Assembly (NCBI GenBank): GCA_002811645.1
Contig: PDIP01000017.1
Coordinates: 186,001-250,000 of the forward strand
Direction: 5' to 3'
Origin: Corallochytrium limacisporum Hawaii
Taxonomy: Eukaryota; Protista; Pluriformea
Length of the DNA: 64,000 nucleotides
The position numbers and the translations under genes were made by a program. The first letter of the stretch is position 1; each line of letters begins with the position of its first letter. A model generated the notes under the pieces. That model saw only the letters and a list, made by a program, of their open reading frames with translations, searched no databases and was not told the DNA's origin. Below, piece after piece: positions 42,357-53,300 of the stretch.

Positions 42357-42797
42357 TTAATTGGCTTGTTCTGCCTTGGACCCGAAGTGACCGGAGAACA
42401 GCAAGACATTAGAGTACGTCATCATAAGGACCATGAAAACGAAACTGTAGGGTTGGGAATTGACAAGGGGAATTCTGTTAGTTCGCTGTTCTGCATCTTC
42501 CATTTTTCAGGGGAGGCCATAAATCACGTATCATAGCACATCTGTGTCAAATACTTACGAAAAGTTCGTCATTGTCTGCTGTCTTGACTTGTCAGTGTTC
42601 TGCATCTTTGTGAATGTGTTGGCAAGCATGAGCACACATGACCATGCCAAGGTCTTAGATTTGTAGACTGTTGACAACAATCCAAAGACAAGTAGGAGAA
42701 TACTGGCAACGTCACCCGAGCTGTCAGCCAGATCATAAGGTGGAGTAAATGGCTGAATCTTATCAGCATTGATCTTTGATGTTTTTGAGGTGGACAT
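42357..42797 (-). CDS. WDR83OS: PAT-complex subunit Asterix (WDR83OS/PAT10), 2 exons (42797-42559, 42444-42357), 108 aa
   Basis: KIQPFTPP...D.ASILLLVFGLLSTVYKSKTLAW...FTKM...QQTMTNFS|FVFMVLMMTY matches the Asterix pattern; ATG at 42797. Confidence 0.8.
42445..42558 (-). other. Spliceosomal intron (114 nt) of Asterix
   Basis: GTAAGT at 42558, AACTAAC at 42483-42477, acceptor CTACAG ending at 42445; restores the frame. Confidence 0.82.
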
Positions 42798-43404
42798 GTT
42801 TACGTCTGTTGAGGCATCCAATCCGATTCTCCCGTAACTATTACTGACTGTGCGATAGTTTTGCCATCAAGCTTGTTGACTGACGGTCATGTCACTAGGT
42901 ACCTTCAATCGACCAGATGTCTAATGCCGCCTTTGGTAATGAGAAAACCAAACCTTTACGTCGGGCACCACCAATCCACAGCAGGGGTTTCCCAATGGTA
43001 TAGGTTCTTTTGAACTTAGGGGTGAGCCTTACTATCGCGGAAATAGGCCGGGCCTCCCGTGTTTACGTTTGGCCGCGGGGGCCTATTTTCACTGACTGAA
43101 ACGTGAGACCGTGTCATTGCGCGCGGGGAGACATACGGCGGCGGCGATGGCAACAGTGGCTAGTTCTCGTTGGCTGGGCCGGGGAGGGGGCCCCCGGGGA
43201 GGTTGGGGGTGGAGGGATTCCTGCGCGTCCATACGCAGTGAGAGATCGCCGGCAGGAAGGACCCAACCCTCCAGTCGTTGCGTATTTGTGGAGCACTGAG
43301 TGATATAGGCAGCGCCGTGTGGGATCTGACCGTGTGTCATGGGCTCTGTTCGTAGAATTGGGAAATATGTAGAGGTCCACGACGACAATCAAAAATAGAG
43401 GACA

Positions 43405-46400
43405 ATGAAATCTGTCCCGCTGTGGTTGGACAAGATCCAAGACCGAGAGGGGACTTCCCAACCGGTACACTGCGTGGCTTTCGAGCCTGGTGGTGACGCG
43501 CTGCTTGCTGCAGCGGGAAACCGCGTATTTGTTTACAGTGGGAGCGAAGGAAATCTGATAGAAACCTTGAAGCGTCATGAGACCAGTGTGTATGCCTTGG
43601 CATGGAGCTATACAGGAAACTACTTTGCCAGCGGCAGCGCAGATGGCCAAGTGTTGGTCTGGAGCCCAACTCAGATGAAAGTAGTTATGAAATTCAGGCA
43701 CAATGATGCTGTTCAACACTTAGCGTTTGATCCGACAACGAATTTGTTGGCGTCAGGAGCGGTTATCGACTTCCGCTTGTGGAAGGACGACCAGAAGAGT
43801 TCCTCTCGACACAAAACCGATGCTCGTATCTGCTCGATAGCATGGAGCTTCGACGGACAGTACTTGGCCTTTGGCCTGTTCAATGGCAAGATTAGCATTC
43901 GGGGGTCGGATGGTGTAGAGCGTGTGAAGCTGGTGCACGGCCAGCGCCCAGTATGGACTCTCAGCTGGATGCCATACGGGGAGGTGTACAAGTTGGAAGT
44001 GTTGGTGGCGGGAGACTGGTCAAATATTCTGAAATTTTATCAACCATCGGGAAGGATTCTGCATGGAGTGGAACTCGAAGACTCCATTTCATCACTTGAA
44101 TTCTACAACCATGGAGAATTTTTCGTAGGTGGAACAACGAAAGGAAAATGCCAACTGTACAAAAAGGATGGCACGAAATTGGCTACTATTGGTTCCACAG
44201 ACGGATGGGTGCTGAATAATAGTATTGCCAACGAACGAAATCTGGTAGCATTTGGTTCGACTGAAGGCTACGTTGGTGTGTATCAGATCGGGTTCAATAC
44301 TGTCCACGGTTTATGGAATGATCGATATGCATACAGGGAGGGCCTAACCGATGTCATTGTGCACGACTTGGCAAAGGACACCAAAGCTCGTATCCAATGC
44401 CGCGACATGGTGCACAAAATTTCCAAGTACCAGAATCGATTAGCTATCCAGTTGTCTGACAGGATCTTAATTTGTCGACCTGATATTGACAACCGCCAAG
44501 GTCTCAAGTATGTTGTGAAGCAAAGCCTTAAGTTGAGGGAGACTGTAGCATGCAATCTTTTGGTGGTATTGTCGCAAAATATTGTACTTTGTATTGAAAA
44601 CCGTCTGGTCAATTATGACTTTGAGGGGAAACAGATTTGCGAATGGAATCTTCAATCCGTAGTACGTTACATCAAGGCTATTCCGGGTCCACCAAGTCAC
44701 GAAGGTCTCTTGGTTGGTCTCAAGAACGGGTTAGTCCTAAAGGTCTTCATTGACAACCCATATCCATCGATAGTAACTCGGATTGACTCTGTTATTCGCT
44801 GTCTAGACATGAATATCAGCAAGACAAAGGTCGCCATTATAGGTGATACAGCTGAGCTGATTGTCTACGATTTAGTCAAAAAGAAGGTAGTATACAAGGC
44901 CGGGGGTGCAACAAGCGTGGCCTGGAATACGCAGTTCCACGATATGCTATGCTACAGTGGACCTAAGGGTCTCTATATCAAGACTGCAGACTTTCCAGTT
45001 CATCTGCAGAAGTATTCGGGATTTGTTGTAGGCTTCCAGGCGAGCAAAGCCTTTTGTCTAACGAAGTACACTGTAACTGCTGTGGACATCCCTCAGTCAC
45101 AGTCTATGTACGGATATTTGGGTGCGAACGACTTTGAGAAGGCATATGAGGTTGCATGCCTAGGGGTCACGATTTCCGACTGGAACGCACTCGGCCACAA
45201 GGCTATCCTTGCAATGAATTTTGATATTGCACGAAAGGCTTTCATTCGGTTGAAGGACACAAAATGGCTTACTTTTATTGACGAATATGGTCATGAAGAG
45301 GAAGGCGTTGTTCGCGGCTACTACTTTGCTTTTACCCGAGATTTTGTGAAGGCAAAGGATGCATTCACCACGGCCGGGTACCGCGGCCTCTATGATGAAG
45401 TTGAGCAGGATCTTAATGAGGATGTTGCAATCAAGGCGGCAAAAGCAGTTTCGAAGGAGCCGAGACCAGTGTCCAAGTCTACGGAGCAAGGTAGCGAAGT
45501 TGCTCGTCCTCCTCCAGAAGATGTCACAAACAGCATGGAAGCGAACGACAGCGGTGGAAGTAAGCTGCTACCCATGACAAAGGTTGTGGACCCAGTGAAG
45601 AAGAGAATCATTGTTCCTTTGGAAGATGTAGAATCTATGGATATTGAAGAGCTCTTGCAGGGGGACGTCATGGGGGCAATTCAAAGGCTCGGAGAAACTG
45701 GGGATGTCAAAGGACTAGTCGAATTGATGCGCCGACTGCCAATCGACAAGTTGCAGGCTTTCCAGGAATGCGGGCTTTGGTTCGCATACCACGGTAAAGT
45801 TCAGAATCAGTTGGAAGCTTTCCAGAAGTGTCGGGATATTCCAGGCATTGTGCACTCCAACGCCCTCCTTGGAAAGCCCAGAGAGGCACGTGCCGTGGTC
45901 ATGGACTATCATGATCGGTTTCAAGACCACCAACAGCGGCAAATCTACCTCAGTGCAGAGGCTAGTGATACGAAGGCTTGTTTGGCTATCGCCGCCAGCC
46001 AAATGGGCCAGCTCACGTGCTGTCGAACGGTTTGCAGCCTCATTGAGCGCAAAATTACGATGCGGAGGTATGCCGATGGATCGTACCTGTGCTGGTTGCT
46101 GGCACAGATGATGAAGATAGGTTCCGTTTCTTTCATTGCCACTCCGCTTGGAGGTGCTGGTCAAGAAGACCAATCAGCAGATTTCTTCCTGATGCTCGCT
46201 GAGGTGTATGCAGCATACCAAGTTGTACTACAATTCATGGAGCAGCCATTCACTGACTTCACGCCATTGCAACTGATGCATGCAGCACGATTCCTGAAAA
46301 CTAAATGTCTCCGAAACACACCAACAGGTATCTCACAATCAGCCATCATGTTCACTTTGGCACAGAATGCCAGGATTAACGGAGGCTTTGGTACCGCGAA

Positions 46401-46968
46401 GACTGCGTTTGCCCAGTTGCAGACCTTGCGGGTCCCTTCACACATCCTCGTTGTAGCGTCTCTAGCTACTGCCCACTCTCATGGGGATCCGAGTGAGGAT
46501 GCTCTGGATGTCCTGCCGGTTTGCCCACGATGCCAACGGGATAACCCCGTGCTCACAGACTGTGGCAATCGTTGCATCCATTGTGCTAACGGGTTTATTC
46601 ACTGTCTGCTGACATTCACCATCTTGAATGTGGTTGAATGTGTCACAACCGGTGTATCGGTAGCAGAAGCTGAGAAACTACTTGCTGCTGGAGGTTCCTC
46701 CGACGAAGGCATTCGAGAGCTGCTGGATGTGGCATTCAAATCATCATCCTGGGATGCAGAAGTACCGTCCTCAGTGTTGCGCTCTCTAACTCTCGCGGAC
46801 GTGTTCATCGTAGAAGAAAGCTCACATGGTTTGCGTTATATGGTCAGCTGTGACCCCCAGGAAGCACTCCAGATGTGTCCGTCATGCCACAAATTGTTTT
46901 TATTGGGTCCTTTCGAACGGCAGCGGGTCGAGAAGGGATACTGCGCACATTGTCGCACGTTCCTCTGA
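43405..46968 (+). CDS. IFT122: Intraflagellar transport protein 122 (IFT-A core)
   Basis: N-terminal WD40 repeats (AAAGNRVFVY, FASGSAD), FNTVHGLWNDRYAYRE.LTDVIV, CNLLVV, GLLVGLKNG.V.KVFIDN, AYEVACLGVT.SDW, ARKAFIRLKD, and C-terminal CxxC zinc ribbons. Confidence 0.95.
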   Translation: MKSVPLWLDKIQDREGTSQPVHCVAFEPGGDALLAAAGNRVFVYSGSEGNLIETLKRHETSVYALAWSYTGNYFASGSADGQVLVWSPTQMKVVMKFRHNDAVQHLAFDPTTNLLASGAVIDFRLWKDDQKSSSRHKTDARICSIAWSFDGQYLAFGLFNGKISIRGSDGVERVKLVHGQRPVWTLSWMPYGEVYKLEVLVAGDWSNILKFYQPSGRILHGVELEDSISSLEFYNHGEFFVGGTTKGKCQLYKKDGTKLATIGSTDGWVLNNSIANERNLVAFGSTEGYVGVYQIGFNTVHGLWNDRYAYREGLTDVIVHDLAKDTKARIQCRDMVHKISKYQNRLAIQLSDRILICRPDIDNRQGLKYVVKQSLKLRETVACNLLVVLSQNIVLCIENRLVNYDFEGKQICEWNLQSVVRYIKAIPGPPSHEGLLVGLKNGLVLKVFIDNPYPSIVTRIDSVIRCLDMNISKTKVAIIGDTAELIVYDLVKKKVVYKAGGATSVAWNTQFHDMLCYSGPKGLYIKTADFPVHLQKYSGFVVGFQASKAFCLTKYTVTAVDIPQSQSMYGYLGANDFEKAYEVACLGVTISDWNALGHKAILAMNFDIARKAFIRLKDTKWLTFIDEYGHEEEGVVRGYYFAFTRDFVKAKDAFTTAGYRGLYDEVEQDLNEDVAIKAAKAVSKEPRPVSKSTEQGSEVARPPPEDVTNSMEANDSGGSKLLPMTKVVDPVKKRIIVPLEDVESMDIEELLQGDVMGAIQRLGETGDVKGLVELMRRLPIDKLQAFQECGLWFAYHGKVQNQLEAFQKCRDIPGIVHSNALLGKPREARAVVMDYHDRFQDHQQRQIYLSAEASDTKACLAIAASQMGQLTCCRTVCSLIERKITMRRYADGSYLCWLLAQMMKIGSVSFIATPLGGAGQEDQSADFFLMLAEVYAAYQVVLQFMEQPFTDFTPLQLMHAARFLKTKCLRNTPTGISQSAIMFTLAQNARINGGFGTAKTAFAQLQTLRVPSHILVVASLATAHSHGDPSEDALDVLPVCPRCQRDNPVLTDCGNRCIHCANGFIHCLLTFTILNVVECVTTGVSVAEAEKLLAAGGSSDEGIRELLDVAFKSSSWDAEVPSSVLRSLTLADVFIVEESSHGLRYMVSCDPQEALQMCPSCHKLFLLGPFERQRVEKGYCAHCRTFL

Positions 46969-49596
46969 GACTTGGCGCCAAGACAACATCTATCAGCGGC
47001 AACATTAATGACAAACATGGAAGTGTTTACACCATGATTTATGCTGTACATCAACGACCGCAATTGACTAGGCAACAGGTTCTCCGCACCCAAAACCACC
47101 ATCTCCCTTTGCCCTGACCCATCAATTGACAGCCACCACTTCCTTCTTGTGCCGCAACCCGCCAGTTTTACCTGCCTTTTTGGGCGACGATTTTGCCCTC
47201 AGTGGCCGTTTCGATAGGGAAGGGCTCGAAATACCATTCCGTCCCCCTTCGCTGGGGGAGTAGATGATTCTTCCACCCACAGTATGTCCCGCACGAGTCC
47301 AGTGTATAAAATCCTTCCACACCACTAAGATAATTTGCCATACTGTCTTGAACTTCAGAAAGAATTGATCAGTGTAGCTGCGGCGGAGGGGAAGAAGCCA
47401 CCGACACCTTCCCTTTCTTTAGCGGCCAGTGCCTGTTTTGTCGAGAACTTGTTTTTTGATTGTACTATGCTGGACTACAGATTTCTGGGTGACGAAAAAA
47501 TATTCTTCCCCTCCTTCTCCCCCCCCCTTTGCTAGTGGTGGCCCTTTGTACTGCCTGCGGCCACCTTTGCCACAGACGAAGGTCGGTACTGAACACTAAC
47601 CGTTGTTCGGTATTGTAAGTACTACGCTGAAACGCAGTTCTCAAGTGTAAGCCATCTGTGCTTTCAGGTTGATGTAGGCGCCCAAGATGGTGAATATGGT
47701 GATCCAGTGTGTCACAGACCAGACATTCCGCAATCTAGTTCAAGTAGCTACCACCAGATTTTCCTGATCGCATACACAGTGGAATGTAATCATCAGTTGT
47801 CAACAGGAACCATCCGGCTCTGCTGGCAAACGACGAAGCAAGTCTGCTCCGGTGGGCACTGGAACACCTGCAACCCCGTCCGTATGTTTGGGGAGTCGAA
47901 ATCTTCATGACAATATCTGCAACGCGGGGACGAGCATCTTACCGATATCCTAAACAGTCGCCCAATCGTTTGAGATCAAAGCACGTGTGCAGCAGTCGGT
48001 CGTTAATGTACATGACCAGGCACTGTGAGACGGTGACCATCCGGTCGAGGCCCACCTCAAAGCCACTCCCGTGACACACTGCTTCTTGCCTCCCCCCGGC
48101 CTCCAGGCAGGGGGACTTGCCTAGCCGAAGAATTGGGGGAGGTCCGTTGTATGCACGGGTTTTGCACTCAGCCGCTGAAGCATTCGGAGGGCAGCGGATA
48201 GCGTGGCAGCGGTAGCAGCGGAGGACAAAACCGACCAGGGGGTGTCCCATGTAAGGACTAAAAGGGAATGGGTGTTTGCCCCTTTGCCACAATTTTCATC
48301 ACTTTTTCGGCTCCGCCCCGTAGTTTTCTATGGCAAACCACACGAACCTGTCACCGCGACGCGCAAAGGCCCCGGAGGGGTGGGGAAGGGGACCCCGACC
48401 CACCACGAAATTCTTTCGGTGGTATTTTTTCTTGTTTTCCCGCGAGGAGGGGTAGATGCTCAGCAGCGATCCAGCAGCTCGTTCCGACAGGCGTCATGCA
48501 CAAAGGCCGCGTAGCAGGAGCCTGGTCATCCTCGGTGGAGACCATCCCTCGGTCAAAAACACCAATCGACTAAAAGCGGAGCCGCAGTTCGTATGCAAAT
48601 TTTGCGTCATCGCCGGTGTGTGGAACCAATAGTTTTGGACTGACGTTTGTGGTCGGAACTTTTTCCGCTTTGAGTTCTGCCCTGCCCAGTTGGTTAATGC
48701 AAATTCGAGATGATCCCTGCGAGAGGATGGTACTGAAAACGGACTCCAGTTCAATAGAAGAGGTTTTGCTATACTTACTGTGCTGTTGATATAAGCCATA
48801 GAGGGGATATCAGGGTAAATCTCTGGGCCTTCTCTCTCTTTCCGTGGTATCGCTCTGCTGGTCCTTTTGAGTTGCAACGAGGAATTCATACTGTACAGGA
48901 GTGCGCTGCTTATACATACTTTGTTCAGACTGGAAGCCACGAAAAGATGTAGATATGGAAGAGAAAGGACAGAGAAAGAGATGATGACATTATCGACCGC
49001 GCACACTGGTAGGTGATGCGCCGCATCGTTTTGTTTCTTGGCGCGGGTGTTTGTAAAACGGACACTCGTGGTAGTCAACATTGTGTTCGTCCGGCCATGG
49101 TGCTTGCAGTCTATGTCAGCGCAGCGTCACCGAGGCGCGTGTCGTAGCTTTGATAAGTGGAGGATGACCAGCGCTGGGCGAGTGTCGTGCCATTTATGTA
49201 TGATATATTAAGGGGGTGGTCATAATAACGTTGTGATCGGCCTCCTAGAGAATTGCATCAGTCCGATCTAGCTCCACACAGCCTCCACTTATTGTATTTC
49301 CCGACCTTCTGTACAAAATGTACGGGAACAGGGAGTGTCGCGAGATGGTATACCCTTTCAACTGATGACGGGTGATAATGCTTAGTCTACACTTCCGATC
49401 TTGTTTCTGTTTCGTCCAGTCGCTGGCAATAGTGATATCCCCTTATAATTTACATGGATTGTCCCGACCGTTGGGACAGAACGGAGACCCGCCCGGTGCA
49501 CCGTGCACTGTGTGTCCACACGTCCCTCCTTTCGCAAAGAGGCAGCCAGTCGTCCATAATACGCACGAAATGCGGCAGTAAAAGACCGCGAAGGTG

Positions 49597-49888
49597 NNNN
49601 NNNNNNNNNNNNNNNNNNNNNNNNNNNNNNNNNNNNNNNNNNNNNNNNNNNNNNNNNNNNNNNNNNNNNNNNNNNNNNNNNNNNNNNNNNNNNNNNNNNN
49701 NNNNNNNNNNNNNNNNNNNNNNNNNNNNNNNNNNNNNNNNNNNNNNNNNNNNNNNNNNNNNNNNNNNNNNNNNNNNNNNNNNNNNNNNNNNNNNNNNNNN
49801 NNNNNNNNNNNNNNNNNNNNNNNNNNNNNNNNNNNNNNNNNNNNNNNNNNNNNNNNNNNNNNNNNNNNNNNNNNNNNNNNNNNNNNNN
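49597..49888. other. Assembly gap (N run)
   Basis: 292 N upstream of the 50332 gene. Confidence 1.
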
Positions 49889-50331
49889 TTCATTTTCTTT
49901 TTCTTACTTGCCTTCTTTTTCGTGAACGGTGACCGGCGCTGGGCCCGCTGCGACGAAGCGCTCTTCCAAAAAATCAAGCATTATCGCGAGCGAGCAACAG
50001 CGCAGTGAGATGACAACCACCAACCACTGAGGCCCCCCCCGGGCGGGGGAGGGAGGGGGACTTTGCTGAAGAGGATAAGTGGCCTTCCCAACGATGTAGT
50101 GCACATCCCGCACAGTAGTACGTTCTGACCAACAGTATGCTTCATTGCTAGAATACGAAAGGTATACAGAAGATCTACAGTCCCAAACAATCAATGAGTA
50201 GAACTAAACTCTAAAACCGGGACCGCGGAAACAAATACTATTACGAATCAAGAAGAGCCAGTATATTCCATTTCATTCGCAATGACAAGTTCCTGATTGT
50301 GTTCGGAGGAGGTTTGAAATATTAGTTTAAC

Positions 50332-53300
50332 ATGCCTGAAATCTGGAATGGATTTTACATGACGGGCAAGCCGTCAAAGAAGGACTTGCAAACCATGCTT
50401 GATAATGTCCGCAAGTCGGCTACATTGGGCACACACAGCTTGGAAGTCTTCCCCGAAGGTATAGACGTCGAGGAAGTAGCTCTGGACTCTGAGACTGTTC
50501 GCAACGCTCTGCAACACATTACTAACCTGTCAAACAAATTCAACAAAAGTCACGCAGTTCTCTTCCGAGGATACCCAAGTAGAGTCAGGTCACGAGCCTT
50601 TGGAGACTTCATGCGAAACTGTGTGACCTCGCATTACCAGAGCAAGAACCGGGGATTTGGTGATAAGTTGAATTCTGCAATCACCTTCTTGGAGCACTTA
50701 TCTGGTATCGACTCGGACAAGATTTTGACTACATATGCATCTTGGAGATTGTACCTGGAGGAGAATGAGGCAGGTGCGGGCACTGAAATTCTCCATGGTG
50801 CCCAGTTCTACTTCGCAGTTGTGAGCGGGTCTCTGTTCTCATATACGAGTGGCATCATCCCTGATATCCTCTGGGCATTTCTGTATGGATGCCAAGACAG
50901 GGGAATCCGGTCGGCCTTCCAATTGGATTTGTTGTGTGAGCCAGACCCTGAAAAGAAGCAAGCTGGCATTGAGGTCTGGGGTTCTTTCTTAGACCTTGCA
51001 CAGCAGCTGGGTATTGATGAGCAGATCATGGTCCGCACTCAAAGGATTTTTGCGGTGATCCTCCACACCCTCTTCCTGGAATTCGATGCCGATGACCATG
51101 GCAACGCGGTTGTAATGGGCCACATGGACGTGCTTTCACGACTTATGGACGTCAATCCATCGGACTTGAATCGGGCCTTGACAAGAGTTGAAATTGATTT
51201 GGGTGATGTTGTGGAAAATGAACCCATGAAGTTAGATGTAGCAATGCAGAATCAGCTTCAGTTTGTTCAGATTCTTTTCCATGCAATGTATTTTGTTCTT
51301 GTTGAAGAAGTCAATCAGAGCCTTGCGACGGATATGTCTCAGAGCGTGGACTACCACACCGTCGATATTATCAACTGCAGAGAGGCCCAGTTGGAGAATG
51401 AATTTGGTGGCTGGAACGACGCTGCTGGTGAAGTTCTGTCTGTGTTCCTTCAGAACTACGTCATTGAAAACCTTGATGAAATGTCAGCTGGAATCCCAGA
51501 CCGTGAGGTCTTGCGAGCCAGGGATGCTGCTCGCTTCTGGTATAATACTCCCGACAGTGTTCTGAGAATCACAGGTGAGTGCTTCGAGAGACACATGTTC
51601 TCACAAAAGGCATTCAGTCAGACTTTCCGCGAAGCAAATGACGACAAAGAATATGACAGCATGGTGTTTAGTATGAACGGTACTCACCTCGATGTATCTC
51701 GGGACGGGCATCTCAGGAAATACGAGACGAAAGAATTCATCAAAGACAACCAAATGTTTGATCTGGAAAAAGCAAAGGGGGCCCTTCTGAAGGTAGCCAG
51801 GCATCCTGAGCTCCTGTGGATTCCGCAGACCTTCACCTGTGAGTTTGGACTGATTTCTAATCTTGAACCTGCGAACGACAGGGGAATGTCAGCTCGGGCC
51901 GAATCCTCTGCGGGAAATTTGATGCGTCTAATGGCCGCCATCAAATTGCACCACCGATCCTTCGATCCGGCAATATTCTACTTCTTCCGCAGGGGAACGG
52001 TACCATTGGACATCCAAGCGCGTCACCTCGGAGTTGATCTTGCAATCTACTGTGAGCACAATGTCAAGGTTGAGATTTCAACGGAATACTTGTCCAAAAT
52101 GATTGGCGACCAGGCCGCAGTCAAAGCGGTGTTCAAGCAGATCGGCATCAGGTACGAACCAAGTGGATACGGAGTATTGATTCCTCCAATCGCTCTTCGT
52201 ATGATCGAGGCTAGAAAACCGGCTCCTAAAATGGCACCATCTGTAAAGCCCACTGCAGCAGAAGAGAACGGTAAATACACAGAGAAGGAAGGCTCAGCTC
52301 TTCCTGAAGCACAGGCTACGTACGGCAACCTAGAAACTGGAGTTGCCAATCTTTCTGTGAAGGACGCGCCTGGGCAGGACGGAAATGTGTACGGAAATAT
52401 GGACATTATCAACAACGGATCCCCGAAAGCAGTCACGCACGCCGCACCTGTGCAGTCTGGGGCAGGTCCTGTATATGGCAATATTGACGACACGCGAGGC
52501 GGTGCCCCCAGTGAGCCCGCGTCCGGGCAAGCTCCGTCTCCTCCCTCGGGACCAGTGTATGGCAATGTTGACCCAGCGAAAGCTGCTGTGGCTGCAGCTG
52601 CTGTGGCCGCGGGGTCTTGCAGTAGATTGACCCAGAATGTACAGCCAGTCTATGGTAACATGGGACAAGTGCAGAAGCCTGGTCCATTGCAGGCCAATCA
52701 AAATGGCCCAATGTACGGAAATCTAGACTCGCCGGCTGCAGGCTCTGCCGCTGGTGCGGGGAATCACGGACGAGGCTCAATGCATGACACGTACATGACC
52801 CCTGACGAAATTGATCGCAATACCCCTCCTGAAATTGGAATCCAACCAGTGGTACAGACTCCACCTGAGGAGCACCGAAAGCGGCCGTCTGAGAACTCAA
52901 CTGTCTCCGGTGGCACCCACCGACCGCGCATGCCGACCTTGCGTCTTACTATGCGGTCCAATGCCAGTGGTGAGGCCTCGAGCCATAGTTCGTCTCCACG
53001 AATAGGCCGGCGACACATGTCAGTCTCTTCGGCAGCCAGTGGACGCCCTGATTTTGGCAGCTTTGACATACGCCAGATCTACCCAAACATGGAGCGAGGT
53101 GAAGCTGAACGGGTCCTTGCGGAATACCCAAACGGAATTTGCTTGATTCGGTCCAAGCCGGGACAGGATCGCAAGTATCCATTGAGCTACAAACTTTCTG
53201 AGGGTGTGGTACGACACTTTATTGTCCATCGTGATCCCCGTTCTGACACTCCGTGGTATATGCATGAGACCGCCCAGTTTCGAGCACTTGGAGATCTCCT

